Shown: positions 29,076 to 44,438 of the stretch, piece by piece
Layout of the letters: each line of letters begins with the position of its first letter
Numbering within the stretch: position 1 is the stretch's first letter
NCBI RefSeq assembly: GCF_009914755.1
Contig: NC_060933.1
DNA: 64,000 nucleotides
Strand: one strand, 5' to 3'
From: the human T2T-CHM13v2.0 reference genome, Homo sapiens
The notes under the pieces: generated by a model
What the model was told of the DNA's origin: nothing
Database searches by the model: none
Seen by the model: the letters and a program-made list of their open reading frames with translations, nothing else
Translations under genes and position numbers: made by a program

Positions 29076-31099
29076 TAGAGATGGTATCCTTAAGGAGAGC
29101 TTAGCTCGAGCTGGTGCTGTGCATGTGGTGAAAGATAGCCCTGCTCCCAAGAGGTGCAGACTGAGAGGGGCTGTGGGGCAGAGGCCAGGACAGAGTGTGG
29201 TTCTCTGCACCAGGGGACTTTCCAATTAGCCTAACAACCACCTTCTTCCAAAGCATCAAGCAATCGAGATTTTGCCTGCCCTCCCTCCCTCCCTCCATTC
29301 AAACAAACATGTATTGAGTAACAGAAGCAAAACATAGAATTGAAAAAATATATACAGCATTTTATTGGAAAATAAAATACCAATTTTCTCCTTGAAGTGT
29401 CAGGTAATCAAGAACTGTCTATAGATTAAACATTAATATAGCCAGTTCTCAAGAAAGGAAAAACCTGGGAATACGTTGAAAGTATTTCTCATGGAGGAGT
29501 TTGTCAATTTCCCAAGCAGATTGGCCAAAGATTACAGAAAATATACAGAGATGGCAGTGAAAGTAATATGTGAGAAAAATCTCCACTGGTAAACTGTAAT
29601 TAGACATGGAATCATGAACGACTTTATATTTCTGAGGCATATATGGGACACTTCATCTTGGCAAAAGCCGTCCTGCCCCTCAGTATTTCTAATAACAGTA
29701 GATAAAATGAAGTCTTTCCAAGACACATTGGCACTTCTGCACGGCTGGCATGATTGAGCTGCAGAATCCATTTGTCACCTATGTGCTAACCATTTAGCTT
29801 CTCTTTTTATGGGAATTCAACTCAGTATCTGCCCATGTTCCCAGCCCTTATTGATCGCTCTGGTTCAAAGAACGGGTCTTAAATGGAAGATTCTATAGGA
29901 AAAAAATAGATGGTGAAACTCCACCTTGACAGACCATCAATAAATCTTCCTTTAGATTAAGCTGAAAGCCAGCTGAAATAAGCCTTTTCAAAATCTTGCA
30001 TTTTAAGAATAAGATCTTGGATTTTATTTTCGATGATCGTTGTAAAGGTAAGAGAAATGAAAAGTGAATGAATAAAAGAAGGAAAAGGAAGCAAGTTAAA
30101 GAGCAATTTTGAACAGTGAAGATTTTTTCCCCCAATTATTTTGTATAGGAAACTGTGAAGCACATATAAAAATCCACAGGAAGTTGGAAAGATTTTTTAT
30201 TACTAGCCTTGAGGCAATTCACATGCTTTTTGCAAAGCTGTTATAAACTGACAAATATACAAGATGGATGATATTGTAACACACACCTAGAGTGAAAATG
30301 GAGTGCAGAACAAAATGATCCACATCAGAAGGGAAAGAAGTTAGTCAGAGAGGCTGAACATCTGCAAGACTTTTGAACAGCATCAGCTCTGGTAAGAAAT
30401 CAAGCCCTGACTTTTACATTAACATTCCTGAGGCTGATAGAATCTTTTCTCTATTACCTATCCGTTATGATTCTACCCTTCATGTCAGCACTGCTGAGTG
30501 ATATTTAAGGCAAGCAGCATAGATCCTATTGCTTCACTGATGACAATTTAAATGAATCTTCCTTAAATTTAACAAAATGCTAAATTATATTACTTGTTCT
30601 TTCATTTAACATGAGGTCAATGATCAAGAAATAGAAACAAACTAAATGTCCATCTACAGACTAATGGACAAAGAAAATGTAGTATATATGTACGTTACAT
30701 TTAATGATATTAAACTCATGGATTCATATTTCCTTAGAATTCAAAATAATCTCCAGGAATTCCTTCTGACCAGTACAGTTCCATTTTGTTCATGTCAGAA
30801 CTCAAGTTGTTATTATGATTATTACTATTATTTATGCATCCAGAATTCACACTAGAAACACTCAAATAATTGTAAGGTGACATTTTTTTCTAAAAGCCTC
30901 TCTGCACCTTTTTGGTTTAGCATACATGGCGGGAGTTAGCTTTGGGCCTGTCCTTGGGAGTATCCTCCCTCAATCCCCTCTGCCCGTGAATTCCTGCCCA
31001 CTGATCCTGTGGATTTGTCGAGGGTCTTGAAGGCAGAGTGCATGTGATAAGCTGGGCAGAGACCCTAGAGAGAGCAGTGAGCCGCAGAGGTGGACAGAG

Positions 31100-32170
31100 C
31101 CAGCTCTGCTCCATGCTGCATGAGGGGCTTTGGCAAGTTGCATCATTTGTCTGAGTTTAGTTCCTTCATGTTTAAAATGGCAATAAGGAAACTAAGTTTG
31201 CATAGTAGTTGTAAGAGATAAATTACATATTAGCATCTCATTACTTTATAGCTACAATAAGGATGGTTTAGTTATGAGCATAAGAGTCAGCTGTGCTCAA
31301 CGTGGGCACTTCATCCAATTGAAGTGGAAACTTAATCAAGTTCCCAGGGGGACTGAGTCACATCTGGAATAATGTCTCTCTACAGAGGGAAGGGGTGAGC
31401 AGTGACCATAGCTGGATCTTAAGTTTCAGACCTCACTTTAGCCAGTAATTATAAAATCATGTCATGTATTTAACTGTCTTTAGTCTCAGTTTCTGCCTAT
31501 TTCAAATGGTGCTGATCATGGCTGCCTTCTCTATTTTAAGACACTGTTATGAGGGAACAATGATCAGAAGTAGGTATTTTAATAAGTTAAAAGCCTTACT
31601 ATTCATACAATGTTATTACTATCAGTGCTCATAAATCATTTTGCAAATACTTAGTATTAGAGAAACAGATTTCTCTGTGTACCCTTTCCCTTACATTCCA
31701 TCTAATTGGAATGAACTCTTCTGTGCTCCTATCCTACCTATGGCTGTTTCCATTCAAAATGTCTGGTCTTGTGTTTTCATTACTCGAGTATGATATGCCC
31801 AATAGAGTGTAAGCTTTGTGGGGTCAGGCAGCATACCTTGTTTATTCAACATCATTCCATTACTTCAGTGCTCAGAACAATAACTCATTCACAGTAAGTC
31901 TGGATTGAATGAGTGACAGTGGTTTTTCTAATAATGGTTACCATTTCTGAACAACTCATATACATGTCAATTACATTTATCAAAATGATGTGATGAATAG
32001 AATCATAGGGTGTTTGGGATAGTGGAGACCTTGCATATCATTGCATTTCTCACCACCATTGCATAGGTGAAGTGCATAGAGCCAGTGAGAAGAAATGGAT
32101 CTCCGAGTGTCACATGGCTGGGAAATGACAAAGTAGGAGTTGAATTCAGATTACATCACTGTATTTCCAG
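31100..32170. mobile_element. Cluster of MIR (about 31100-31240 +, 31410-31560 +, 32020-32170 -) and L2 3' (about 31770-31916 +) fragments
   Basis: MIR cores (TTGGCAAGTT...TAGTTCCTTCATGTTTAAAATGG; TCTCAGTTTCT...AAATGG); L2 end TGTAAGCTTTGTGGGGTCAGG...GAATGAGTGA. Confidence 0.5.
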
Positions 32171-32498
32171 TGTTATTTTCTCACCAAGAGCTCACAAAAA
32201 TGCTTATAATTTTGCTAATATAATGTTAGATATTAATCAAGTACTTCTAAAAGTGAGAGCAAAATATGAAAACTATAGCAAAAATTCTTACATCTAACAA
32301 AGGAAAGGTTGTAATTTTAAAAAGTATGTCATCGATATAATAAAATGACTGTTGTGGCCATGGGTATTTACTCAATTGTCTGGATTGACTCAAGTTTAAT
32401 GATATCATGAATCTCTGAAAATGTTTAAAGATTGAGCTAATCTTCATTTTGAAACTGATGGCAGCTACAGATCTGTGGCTATTTTTATTAACAGTGTT

Positions 32499-32785
32499 GG
32501 CTGGGTGCCATGGCTCACGTATGTAATCCCAGCACTTTGGGAGGCCAAGGCTGGCAGATAGCCTGAGGTCAAGAGTTCGAGACCAGTCTAGCCAACATGG
32601 TGAAACCCCAATCTCTACTAAACATACAAAAATTAGCCGGGCGTGGTGGCAGGCGCCTGTGGTCCCAGCTACCTGGGAGGCTGAGGCAGGAGAATTGCTT
32701 GAACCCAGGAGGCAGCCAAGATCGCGCCACTGCATTCCAACCTGAGTGACAGAGCGAGACTCTGTCTTAAAAACAAAAAACAAGA
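32499..32785 (+). mobile_element. AluS (Sx-like) with a short right-arm deletion
   Basis: Dimer lacking the GAGGTTGCAGTG segment; TSD AACAGTGT. Confidence 0.9.
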
Positions 32786-32789
32786 AACA

Positions 32790-35700
32790 GTGTCTTTCAC
32801 AGAGCAGACATTTTTAATTTTAATTAAGTCCAACTTACCCATTTTTTAATTCATGGACTATGCTTTTGGTGTTATATCTAAGAACTCAAAGCTAACCCAA
32901 AGGACACTCAGATGTTCTCCAATTTTTTTTCTAGCTTCATAGTTTTGTGTTTTACTTTAAGGTACATAATCCATTTTGAGTTAATTTTTGTGAAATTTTC
33001 CTTCCTGTTTATTTATTTGATTCTGATAAAATATCAAAATCAGCAGGGTAATTCTGACCTCATAGAATGAGTTAGAAAGTATTCCCTCTGCTTCTATTTT
33101 TGGGAAGAGATTGTAGAGAATTGGTGTACATTCTTCCTTAAATGTATTGTAGAATTCACCAGTGGCAAAATCTAGTCTTAGTTCTTTCTCTTTTAGTAAG
33201 CCATTATTAGTTATTAATTCAATTTCTTAACATATATGGACCTATTCAGAGTATCTGTTTCTAGTGTGTGAGTCTTGGTAGTTTGTATTTTTAAGGAACT
33301 CAGCCATTTTACCTAAGTTAACACATTTGTGAGTATAGAGTTTTTGATAACATATATATTTAATATTTGATCAGAAGTCAGTCTTTCGTTTCTGGTGTTA
33401 GTAATTTGTGTCTTCTCTTTTCTTTGCTATCTTAGTGAGAGGTTTATCAATTTTCTTTTTCTTTTCAAAGAACTAACTTTTGGTTTCACTGATCTTTATT
33501 ATTATTTTATTATTACTATTTTTGAGACAGAGTCTCACTCTGTTGCCCAAGCTGGAGTGCAGTGGCACAATCTAGGCTCACTGCAACCTCCGCCTACCAG
33601 GTTCAAGTGATTCTCCTGCCTCAGCCTCCCAAGTAGCTGGGATTACAGGCACACGCCACCATGGCCGGCTAATTTTTGTATTTTTAGTAGAGACAGGGTT
33701 TCACTATGTTGGCCAGGCTGGTCTTGAACTCCTGACCTCGTGATCCACCCACCTCGGCCTCCCAAAGTGCTGGGATTACAGGCATGAGCCACCACACCCG
33801 GGCTGATCTTTATTATTTTTCTGTTTTTAATTTTATTGATTTCTGCTCTAATTTTTATTATTTTCATTGTCCTGGTTGCTTCAGGCTTAAATTACTCTTC
33901 CTTCTCTAGTCCCTATAGTAGATGCTTAGATTTAAAACAATTTTTTGGATCTTTCTTCTTTTCTGAACTATGCATTCAATGTATAATTTTTTCTCTAAAA
34001 ACTGCTTTTACTGGATCTCACAAATTGTGATAAGTTGTATATTTTCATTTATTCAAAATATTTTTTGATTTCTCTTGAGATTTCTTCTTTGATCTTTGTG
34101 TTATTTAGAAGTGTGCTGTTTAATCTCTAAATATTTGAGGATTCCAGCTCTTTTTCTGTTATTGATTTCTAGTTACATGTCATCATGGCCTGAGAAAATA
34201 CTTTGTATGATTTCTGGCCTCTTAAACTTGTTGAGGTCTGTTTTATAGACAATGGTCTTGGTGAATGTCCCATGTAAGCTTGAAAAGATTGTGTATTTTG
34301 CTGTTATTGAAGAGATTATTTTATAAATGTCAATTGGGTCAAATTTATTGATAATATTATTCAGGTCAACTATATTCTTATTGATTTTCTGTCTGCTGAA
34401 TCTATCAATTACGGAATGAGGGGTGTTGAAACCTTTAACTCTAATAGTGGACTTGCCTGTTTCTTCTTGCAGTTCTATCATGTTTTGACTCCTGTATTTT
34501 GTACTTTGTTGTGAAGTGCATACATATTAAGCATTGTTATGCCTTCTTAGAGAACTGAATCATTTATCATTTTGCAATGTTCATCTTTAAACCTGATAAT
34601 TTTCCTTTCTCTAAAGACTGCTTTGTCTGAAATTAATACAGCTACTCCAGTTGTCTTTTGATTAGTGTTATCATGGTATATCTTTCTCCACCTCTTTATT
34701 TTTACTTTACCTTAATATTTCACTTCCACTCTTCTCTTACTCCCATATTTCTGGCCAGAAGTTCACTGTAATTATTATCCTTGTACTTCTATGAGTCAGG
34801 TGTTTTTCCTCTGGCATCTTTCAATATTTTCTCTTTGTTTTGGTTTTCTGAAGTTTGAACATGATATACCTAGGCATAGGTTTTTTTTTTTTTTTAAATC
34901 CTGCTTGGTATTCTCTAAGCTTCCCAGATCTGTGATTTGGTGTCTGTCATTAATTTTGGAAAATGATCTATCTTTTTTCTCCATTATTTTAATTATGCTA
35001 GGTTATACCATTTGGAATCTTCTCACGGTTGCTGAATATTATTTTCTGTTTGTGTTTTTCATTCTTTTCTTCTCTTCATTTTAGTTTGGGGAGTTTTTAT
35101 TGACATGTCTTCAAGATTTCTGATTCTATCCTTGGCCACATCTAGTCTATTGATGAGCCCATCAAAGGCAGTTTCACTTCGATTAGTGGTTATTTTATTT
35201 CTATAATTTCCTTTTTGATTGTTTCTTAGATTTTCCATCTCTGTGATTACATTACCCATCTTTTCTTGCATGTTGTCTACTTTTATCATCAGAGCCTATT
35301 ATTTTAAATTCCCTGTCTAATAATTCCAAAACCTGTGTCATATCTGAGTCTGCTTCCGATGCTTGCTTTGTCTCTTCAGACTGTTTTTTCTTAACTTCTA
35401 GTAGCCCTATAATTTTTTGTTGAAAGCCACATTTGATATATTGGACAAAAGGAACCGAAGGAAAGAGGCCTGTAGTGTGAGGTTTTCTATTAATCTGGCT
35501 GAAAGCCGGCTGAGTTTAGTGCCTGCTGTAGCTGTAGCTAAGGCTTCAGATTTCTCTGGTGTCCTTGTTTTTCTCTCCTATTGTCTTTAGTTTTTCGTAA
35601 GAATTGTGCTTTGTGGCCTTTTCAGCTGTTTTCCACTATTATTGTGATGGAGCCCTGTTGATTAATGATAAGGTATAGGGGAGAGAAAGTGAGGGTAAGT

Positions 35701-36360
35701 GTTTATAATCTGAGGATCAAATCTTAGTTTTATGTAACTCCTGACCCTGGATGTGATCTTCACAAGTTTTGTGTGTCCCCCACTCCAACCCCTCACTCTT
35801 GATGAGACAGGAAATCTAAAGGGGGCTCAAGTGGGGGAAATGCCCTTCCTCCTAGGTGAGATAAGGCTCTGGTGACATCTTTTCTCCTGGAGACTAGGCT
35901 TTTGTTATGGAAAATGCTCTGGGCATATTTCAAAGCCACTACTTTTTCCCTCCCGCTGACAGAGGCAGGAAGTGATGTTTCTTTGCTTTTTACTGTGAGA
36001 ACCTGGTGGGGTTTCTGGAGGTAACACCCACAGAAGCAGTGAGGTCGTCTCAATGTTGTAGCCTTCAGGGTTTTCTTCCCCACACTCTGGTCCACAATCA
36101 GCCAACAGCAATTCATCACAATTACCGTTTTAGTATTCCTGCTAGTTTATGGCTCCAGTAGCCTCTGCTCTCGGGAAGCTGATCTCAGCTGTGATTTTGT
36201 CTGTCTCTCCAGATTCTGGGGTTATGGTCACTCTCTGTGACCTCAATTCTCTGATAAGTCCAAGAAAAGTAATTAATTTCTATTTTTTTCAGCTTTTTTC
36301 TTATTGTAAGGGCAGTAGTGACAACTTTTAAATTCCTTACATGTTGCAGCTAAAACCAGA
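32790..36360 (-). mobile_element. Old L1M (MC/MD-type) remnant covering 5'UTR, ORF1 and ORF2 pieces with internal deletions
   Basis: ORF 34173-34481 is an L1 endonuclease segment (GFNTPHSVIDR...DIYK...FSSLHGTFTK); ORF 35059-35289 is the ORF1 coiled coil (AFDGLINRLD); 5'UTR-like sequence at about 35400-36360. Confidence 0.82.
33501..33803 (-). mobile_element. AluS (Sg/Sx-like) inside the old L1
   Basis: TSD TGATCTTTATTATT on both sides. Confidence 0.93.
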
Positions 36361-37021
36361 AGTCTCAGAAGTCTCACTTTTTTAAAAAGGCTCTATTGCT
36401 GGCAATTAATTGTAACACCTTCAAAAAAAAACAAGTGTGCCATTTTATTTGGCCATGGACCCACTGCCACTAAAAACCAACATATTAGATAAGTAGCTAG
36501 TTCTGACTGATATAATTTAATCCCCTTTTAGAGCTTGCAGATTCTCTGCAGACACAGACCCATCGGAGAGATTCAATTCAATTTGCACATCTATTAGGCT
36601 GTTTGAAACAACGAGAATTCTGAAGCTGCCAAAACCCCACTTTCAATCTCCCCGCTGGACCTGCCTGGCATCTTTTCGTGGTGAGCCGTACACTGATGTG
36701 CTGTTTGGCAGACACTGTGCAAAGAGCTGCCCGGCTGTCTCCAGAGAGGGGCTGGGTGGGGCTGGGGCCTTCATTCCAATGTGCTTCAGCCACAGAGCTG
36801 TCGGCCCTCTTGCCTAACGAAATAGTAACTAGCCCTTGCCCTGTCTCAGAATCTAACATTACCTGCTTCTAATATAGAAAGATGTGATCTTTTAAAATTG
36901 TTGTTGCTGTTTTTGGTCTATTTTATTTTTGAAAATACTGTTTCGATATATGAAGCCCTTGTCAAGTTCACTTTAGCTAATTGTCATTTTGACGTACAAA
37001 ATTTGAAGACTTTCTGTCATT

Positions 37022-38339
<1,318 letters not shown>

Positions 38340-38618
38340 TAGCATACTTTATAAACTAGTCCCCAGACATTTCTAAATTACACGTAGTTACTTGAACAAC
38401 ATGTCCAGATTCTGCAGATACAGATGTCTGAATCTGAGGTTCCTCATTTGTAAAAGGTAGACCCAGAGTAGGTGATTTTTCAGACATTTGCCAACATGAA
38501 AATTTTCTAGTTAAAATTTTTTTTCATCACCATGCGTGTGGAGAGGTAGGAGGTGTACTGAGATGGGACGAAAACAAGTCAGCTAAGCATCGTTGAAAAC
38601 CATACTGGGTTCCCAGTG

Positions 38619-39004
38619 AAATATGGTTTGTTTCTGTGTCCCCACCCAAATCTCATGCCGAATTGTAATCCCCATGTGTCAGAGGAGGGGCCTGGTGGGA
38701 GGTGATTGGATCATGGAGGCAGATTTCCCCCTTGCTGTTCTTGTGACAGTGAGTTAGTTCTCATGAGATCTGATGGTTTAAAAGTGTGGCACTTCCCCAC
38801 CTTGCTCTCTCTCTCTCTCCTGCCACCATGTGAAGAAGGTCCTTGCTTCCTGTTCATCTTCCACCATGATGGTAAATTTTCAGAGGCCTCCCTGCCACTC
38901 TTCTTGTTAAGCCCATGGAACTGTGAGTCAATTAAACCTCTTTTCTTCATCAATTATCCAGTCTCAGGCAGTTCTTTATAGCAGTGTGTAAATGGACTAA
39001 TACA
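38619..39004 (+). mobile_element. THE1D/MSTA-type MaLR solo LTR
   Basis: ATATGGTTTG...GTGTCCCCACCCAAATCTCAT...GAACTGTGAGTCAATTAAACCTCTTTTC...GGACTAATACA; 5-bp TSD CAGTG at 38614-38618 and 39005-39009. Confidence 0.93.
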
Positions 39005-39009
39005 CAGTG

Positions 39010-39396
39010 GGTTGGAGGTCTTGTATGCTGCCAGACCCCACTTGGTGTCCACCTAGGAGTAATCTAGGAGTGTGGGGGAGGCCATGCCCCCTGGGGGAAG
39101 GTTTAGCTTGTGGGAGAGACAAACTGCTGGATGTGTTCTCTTTCTTTCCATCTCCTCACTGACTTCCGAGACTGGGCTTATTGGCGTCTCAGGAAAAGGC
39201 CCCACACAGTCAAGAATCTGTTGGTTGCACTTTGGCACGGGCAGCTCAGTATCGCCTCCTCCTTATGTGAATAACCCGTCTTTCCACCTCGCTGCCCTTG
39301 CCCCTAGCTTTTGCAGCCTGGATTGCACATTGTTACAAAAGAGTACCAATAAGCCTGTTCTTTAAGCTCTGCTTTCTGAGAAACCCTGGTTAACAC
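39010..39396 (+). mobile_element. Possible old ERVL-class LTR remnant
   Basis: Ends AATAAGCCTG...AAGCTCTGCTTTCTGAGAAACCCTGGTTAACACA, resembling ERVL LTR 3' termini. Confidence 0.35.
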
Positions 39397-39935
39397 ACTC
39401 CGTGAAACACTTTTTCTTATTGGATTCATAGTATATAAAAAGAGAAATGTTCTTAGAATCATTTTTGGAAATGCTGCTTCCTATAATGCTTTGAGTAGTT
39501 GATCTTCAACACTCCTTGGGCACCACTGGAGTTATTAGCTTAGAATGTTTGGAATATATCTTCATCCTTTCCTAATACAAAACTCCTGTGGGCGGCTAGA
39601 ATGAATAGTTCCAAATGCATTCTAATCTGTTTCTCCCTTCTCATTTCACACTACATTAATTCAGGTCAGGATCCTCTCCTGGAGGAGAAGATATAAATTC
39701 TGACAGACTCTAAATAAAAGGGGGAGAAACCTTAGCTACAGAGGCTATCTGCTAGTAGGGCAAGAATGATAAACACAGGAGTAGCCGGAGGGTTTTCAGC
39801 TATTTTTGGTTTCGCAGCTAAATTTTCACAAAGTGGTTCAGGTTGTAATTTTTCAACTTTGCCTCGCAGCTGTAAGACAGTCAAAGTGCAGAGTGGAGGT
39901 GGGGTGATGACAGTTATAGAAATTGACAGACAGCC

Positions 39936-40363
<428 letters not shown>

Positions 40364-40905
40364 TCACTACTATTTTCATGCCATTCAGGTAAAACAGAGT
40401 ATTACTGAAACATTTAAAAATAAAAATTAATCCAGCATTTTAAAAGCACAATTAATCCTTGAGCTGTCCCTAGGCCCATGGAAATAAAAAACCGGTGGAC
40501 GATTGGTTGGGCATCATCAGAGTGCACCTAATTCACTGGGAATTAGGGTGCAGATCCTGGAGGAGGAAGTAATAAGATGGTAGTTTTTGTTTGAGTTGGA
40601 AAAGATCTTGGTACATTCAAAGAAGGAATACACTTGTTATTGAAACATACGTAAGATGAAATCATGAGACCCAATAGATACTGTTTTAGTTTCTCTGATA
40701 TTTCCAATGAAACATACAATTTTATAACTCAGGTGTCACATACTGCAAAACTCTGTCTAAAACCTCAGACTCAAGAGCATTGAAGAAATTGCTGCTTATT
40801 TAGAAAGATGAAAGGAAAATTGTCATGTTAAAGATATTAAATTAGAGTTTATTATTCAATGAACGGCTATTTAGGCACTCACATTATGTCTGATACTGGT
40901 CTAGA

Positions 40906-41117
40906 GGGAGGGTTTCTCTGCCACAGGAGTATTTACACTTTGGGCTGCTCGGTACTGTGTTGTGGGGGCTGTCCTGTTCCTAGGAGTTCTGCAGCATCCT
41001 TGGCCTCAACTAACTAGGGGCCAGTAGCACCCTCCACCTCCAGGTGGGCAACAAAAAAAATCTCCAGACATTGCCAAATGCTCTCCGGGGGAAAATGCCC
41101 CTGGTTGAAAACCACTG
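40906..41117 (+). mobile_element. MER20
   Basis: TGTTGTGGGGGCTGTCCTG...GCAGCATCCTTGGCCTC...GCCAGTAGCACC...TCTCCAGACATTGCCAAATG...CCCCTGGTTGAAAACCACTG. Confidence 0.88.
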
Positions 41118-41160
41118 GGCTAGGTGCAGTGCAGGGTGCAGGATAATAATAACACTTGGA

Positions 41161-41529
<369 letters not shown>

Positions 41530-41624
41530 TCATCTAGCATAGTATGTAAACTGCAAAACGTGTACAGGTCAACTTTTAAACATCTTGTGGGTATGATGCT
41601 GTGGCTTAGAGTTCCTTTTCTGCT

Positions 41625-41900
41625 CTTATTCACTCAGCAAACTTTTATCCAGTGCCTCCCATGTGACAGGTGCTGTTTTAGGTTTTGGTGATACCTTAGA
41701 GAACCAGACAAAGTCGCTGCCCTCATGGAGCTCATAGTCTCTTTGGGGAGCTAAACAAGACAAGTTAGGACAATCAATAGATGTAGATATGTAGTATAAT
41801 GCCAGACCGTGGTAAGTGCTGTGAGGGAAGCTGAAGCTGGTAGTGAGATGGAGAGTAGCTGTTGAGGACGGTTGTCAGAGAAGATTTCTCAGAAGGACTA
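41625..41900 (-). mobile_element. L2 3' fragment
   Basis: ATTCACTCAGCAAAC...CAGGTGCTGTTTTAGG...GACAAAGTCGCTGCCCTCATGGAGCTCATAGTCT. Confidence 0.75.
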
Positions 41901-42109
41901 GTATTTTTTGGTGAAGAAGTTATCCTCCTCTTCTCTCTGAGAAAAACCCATGCACTCCCACGTGAACCTCTTCAAGCGGGCTCTCGTGTTGCTCTGGCGC
42001 AGCCCTCTTGTGCTTTCAGTGCTCCCTTGATTTCTGACATAACAAGGTAACTGTTCACCGACTACTTCTATTGCCCAGACCCGGAATTAACCATTTCCTC
42101 AAGGACTGG

Positions 42110-42810
42110 CATTATTATTATTAATGCGGTATAACTTACACAGAGTATAAGAAAGTACACTAGGCCGGGCGCGGTGGCTCACGCCTGTAATCCCAGCACT
42201 TTGGGAGGCCGAGGCGGGCAGATCACGAGGTCAGGAGATCGAGACCATCCTGGCTAACACGGTGAAACCCCGTCTCTACTAAAAATACAAAAAATTAGCC
42301 GGGCGAGGTGGCGGGCGCCTGTAGTCCCAGCTTCTCGGGAGGCTGAGGCAGGAGAATGGCGTGAACCCCAGGGGGCGGAGCCTGCAGTGAGCCGAGATTG
42401 CGCCACTGCACTCCAGCCTGGGCGACAGCGAGACTCCGTCTCAAAAAAAAAAAAAAAAAAAAAAAAGAAAGTACACTAATCTTACATGTACAATTCAATG
42501 AACTTTTACATACTTCTACAGCATACAACCACTTCTCATATAAAGATATACAACATTTCTAGCACCTAGAAAGTTCCCCAGGGGCCCATTGCATGTATTA
42601 CCTCCTCCCCCATGCTGTATGCAGTGGTAATTACAATACTCTCCAGATCTGTGTTATTTTTCTCAACGTTATGCCTTTGAGAGTCATTCATATTCTTTTG
42701 AATGGCAGTGATCCATTATTTTTCATTGCTATATAGTATTCCATTCAAGTTTTGATTTGGGTTGTTTGCAGTTTTGGTCTCCTGTGAATAAAACTACTAT
42801 AACAATTTTT
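42110..42810 (-). mobile_element. L1ME-like 3' remnant split by an Alu
   Basis: GGTATAACTTACACAGAGTA...CACTAATCTTACATGTACAATTCAATGAAC...CATTGCTATATAGTATTCCATT. Confidence 0.65.
42163..42464 (+). mobile_element. Young AluYe5-like element
   Basis: Diagnostics GGGCGAGGTGG, GAACCCC.GGGGGCGGAGCCTGCAG and GGGCGACAGCGAGACTCC; nearly all CpGs intact; pure poly(A); 14-bp TSD AAGAAAGTACACTA. Confidence 0.85.
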
Positions 42811-44438
42811 AAACTGAGTTTACTGTCATAATGATGACACCAAGCCAATTGGGGTTTCCCTACTGGAATTAACTAATAACTCATAATTATTTCCTTAACT
42901 TTGTAGCTTAATGTTTAATTTCCTTAGCTTTGTAGCTAAATGTCTAATTTTCTCAATGTTTCTCACTTTCTCTTAGGCTGGACAAACTGCATGCATTTTG
43001 CCTACACAGAAAAAGATTACTTCTCTTCCAAATAACCTTGCTCAACCTACAAAAGCTTGCCGTTTTATTCATCAGTGAGAGGCAGTTAGTCAAGATTCTA
43101 GCTGCCATTTGTGACTCATCCACACCTGTGAAGTGAGTAGATAAGTAACATTACAATATAAATAAATTCAGACATCAAGGAAGGCAAATCGTGATTATTC
43201 CTCTAATAGAAAGTGACTCAAGGGTGCGTAGGAACATCTGGGACATTGATGTTCATTTCATGTGACTGTTAGAAGAGTGCTTCTATTCTGAGAATGTGAC
43301 CCTGGTGTGGTGAAGTTTTCTGTGGAGCCTTTTGAAATTTATAGTCAGTGACGTGGAATGTCCATCCAGGAGGAGTCTGACAAATGCTGTGCCAGTCGAG
43401 GTTCAGCACCGTAGGTGTAGCGCAGGCGAAATACGGTGCTGGAGCTTTGAGTACAAGCTGAAACACCGCACACCACCTCCTCTCTCTACCATTCAGAACA
43501 CTCTTTACAAAACTAAAAAACTGCCCCCAAAAAAAAAGAAAAATATAAATGCAAACATAATAAAATAAAAGGAATATTTCCCAGCTTCTGGAAAGAAAGC
43601 CAAGCCAATGATCTCTCTTATAGGTGACATGGGATAGAGGATCCCATTCCAGATTCCCCCAGGTGCTCCATGAAACAGCACAGACTCTGGTTTTCCATCA
43701 TCTCAGCTCCGGGGCCTTAAGGCCTCCCCCTTACCTCTCCTCTGAGTTCCTGTGGAATCCACACTCCAGAGGTGGCCGCCCCACAGCCTGGGGCCTCCCC
43801 AGGGAGCTCTCATTTGGGACTGCCCCAGCTCTGATGTGTCAGGAGAGGCATTTGCCTTTAGCCACCTGTTCATTTGGGGGAATTCTCCTATAGGCTCCCT
43901 GTGTTCCCAGTTCTACATTCAAATCATTCTGGGTCTTTTGGTCCTTGTGATAAAACATGAAACAGCAGAAATAAACGTTTAACTATTAAAACAAAGAGAC
44001 CAATTAATTATTGTTGTGGAAGTATGTGATGCTATATTAAAAACTATTTTGGAAATACAACTTATTTTACCTTCATTGCTACAATGTTCACTGGTCTGCT
44101 GTCTTCCACGGGCCACCACAAATGTCCCCTCCAGGAATATTCCATGGACCAGAGGCCCATTTGGGGTAAAGGGTGGCGAAACTCTTCCAACTTCACTCCC
44201 AGGGCCCTTTTATTCTGGAGGGCAGAGGCAGGCCTGGCAGGACAAAGCAAGATGGTGAAGATTCCAGAACTTTTGTGTAGATAATTTAATTTTTTTCAAA
44301 TAATATAACTTTAAAGGTCAGACATCCAAGAGAATTAGCTAATGAAAACCTCTATCCAGCAATAAGTTTGGTAAAGTGACTAGAAACAAGTTTGCACAAA
44401 AAATAAGAACTTGCATACCTGTATCGATAAAATCTTTA

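Noticed and set aside
43370-43475. Hammerhead ribozyme or canonical REST RE1 site
   Set aside because: CTGACAA lacks the CUGANGA core and no three-stem junction is evident; the RE1 right half GGACAG is absent
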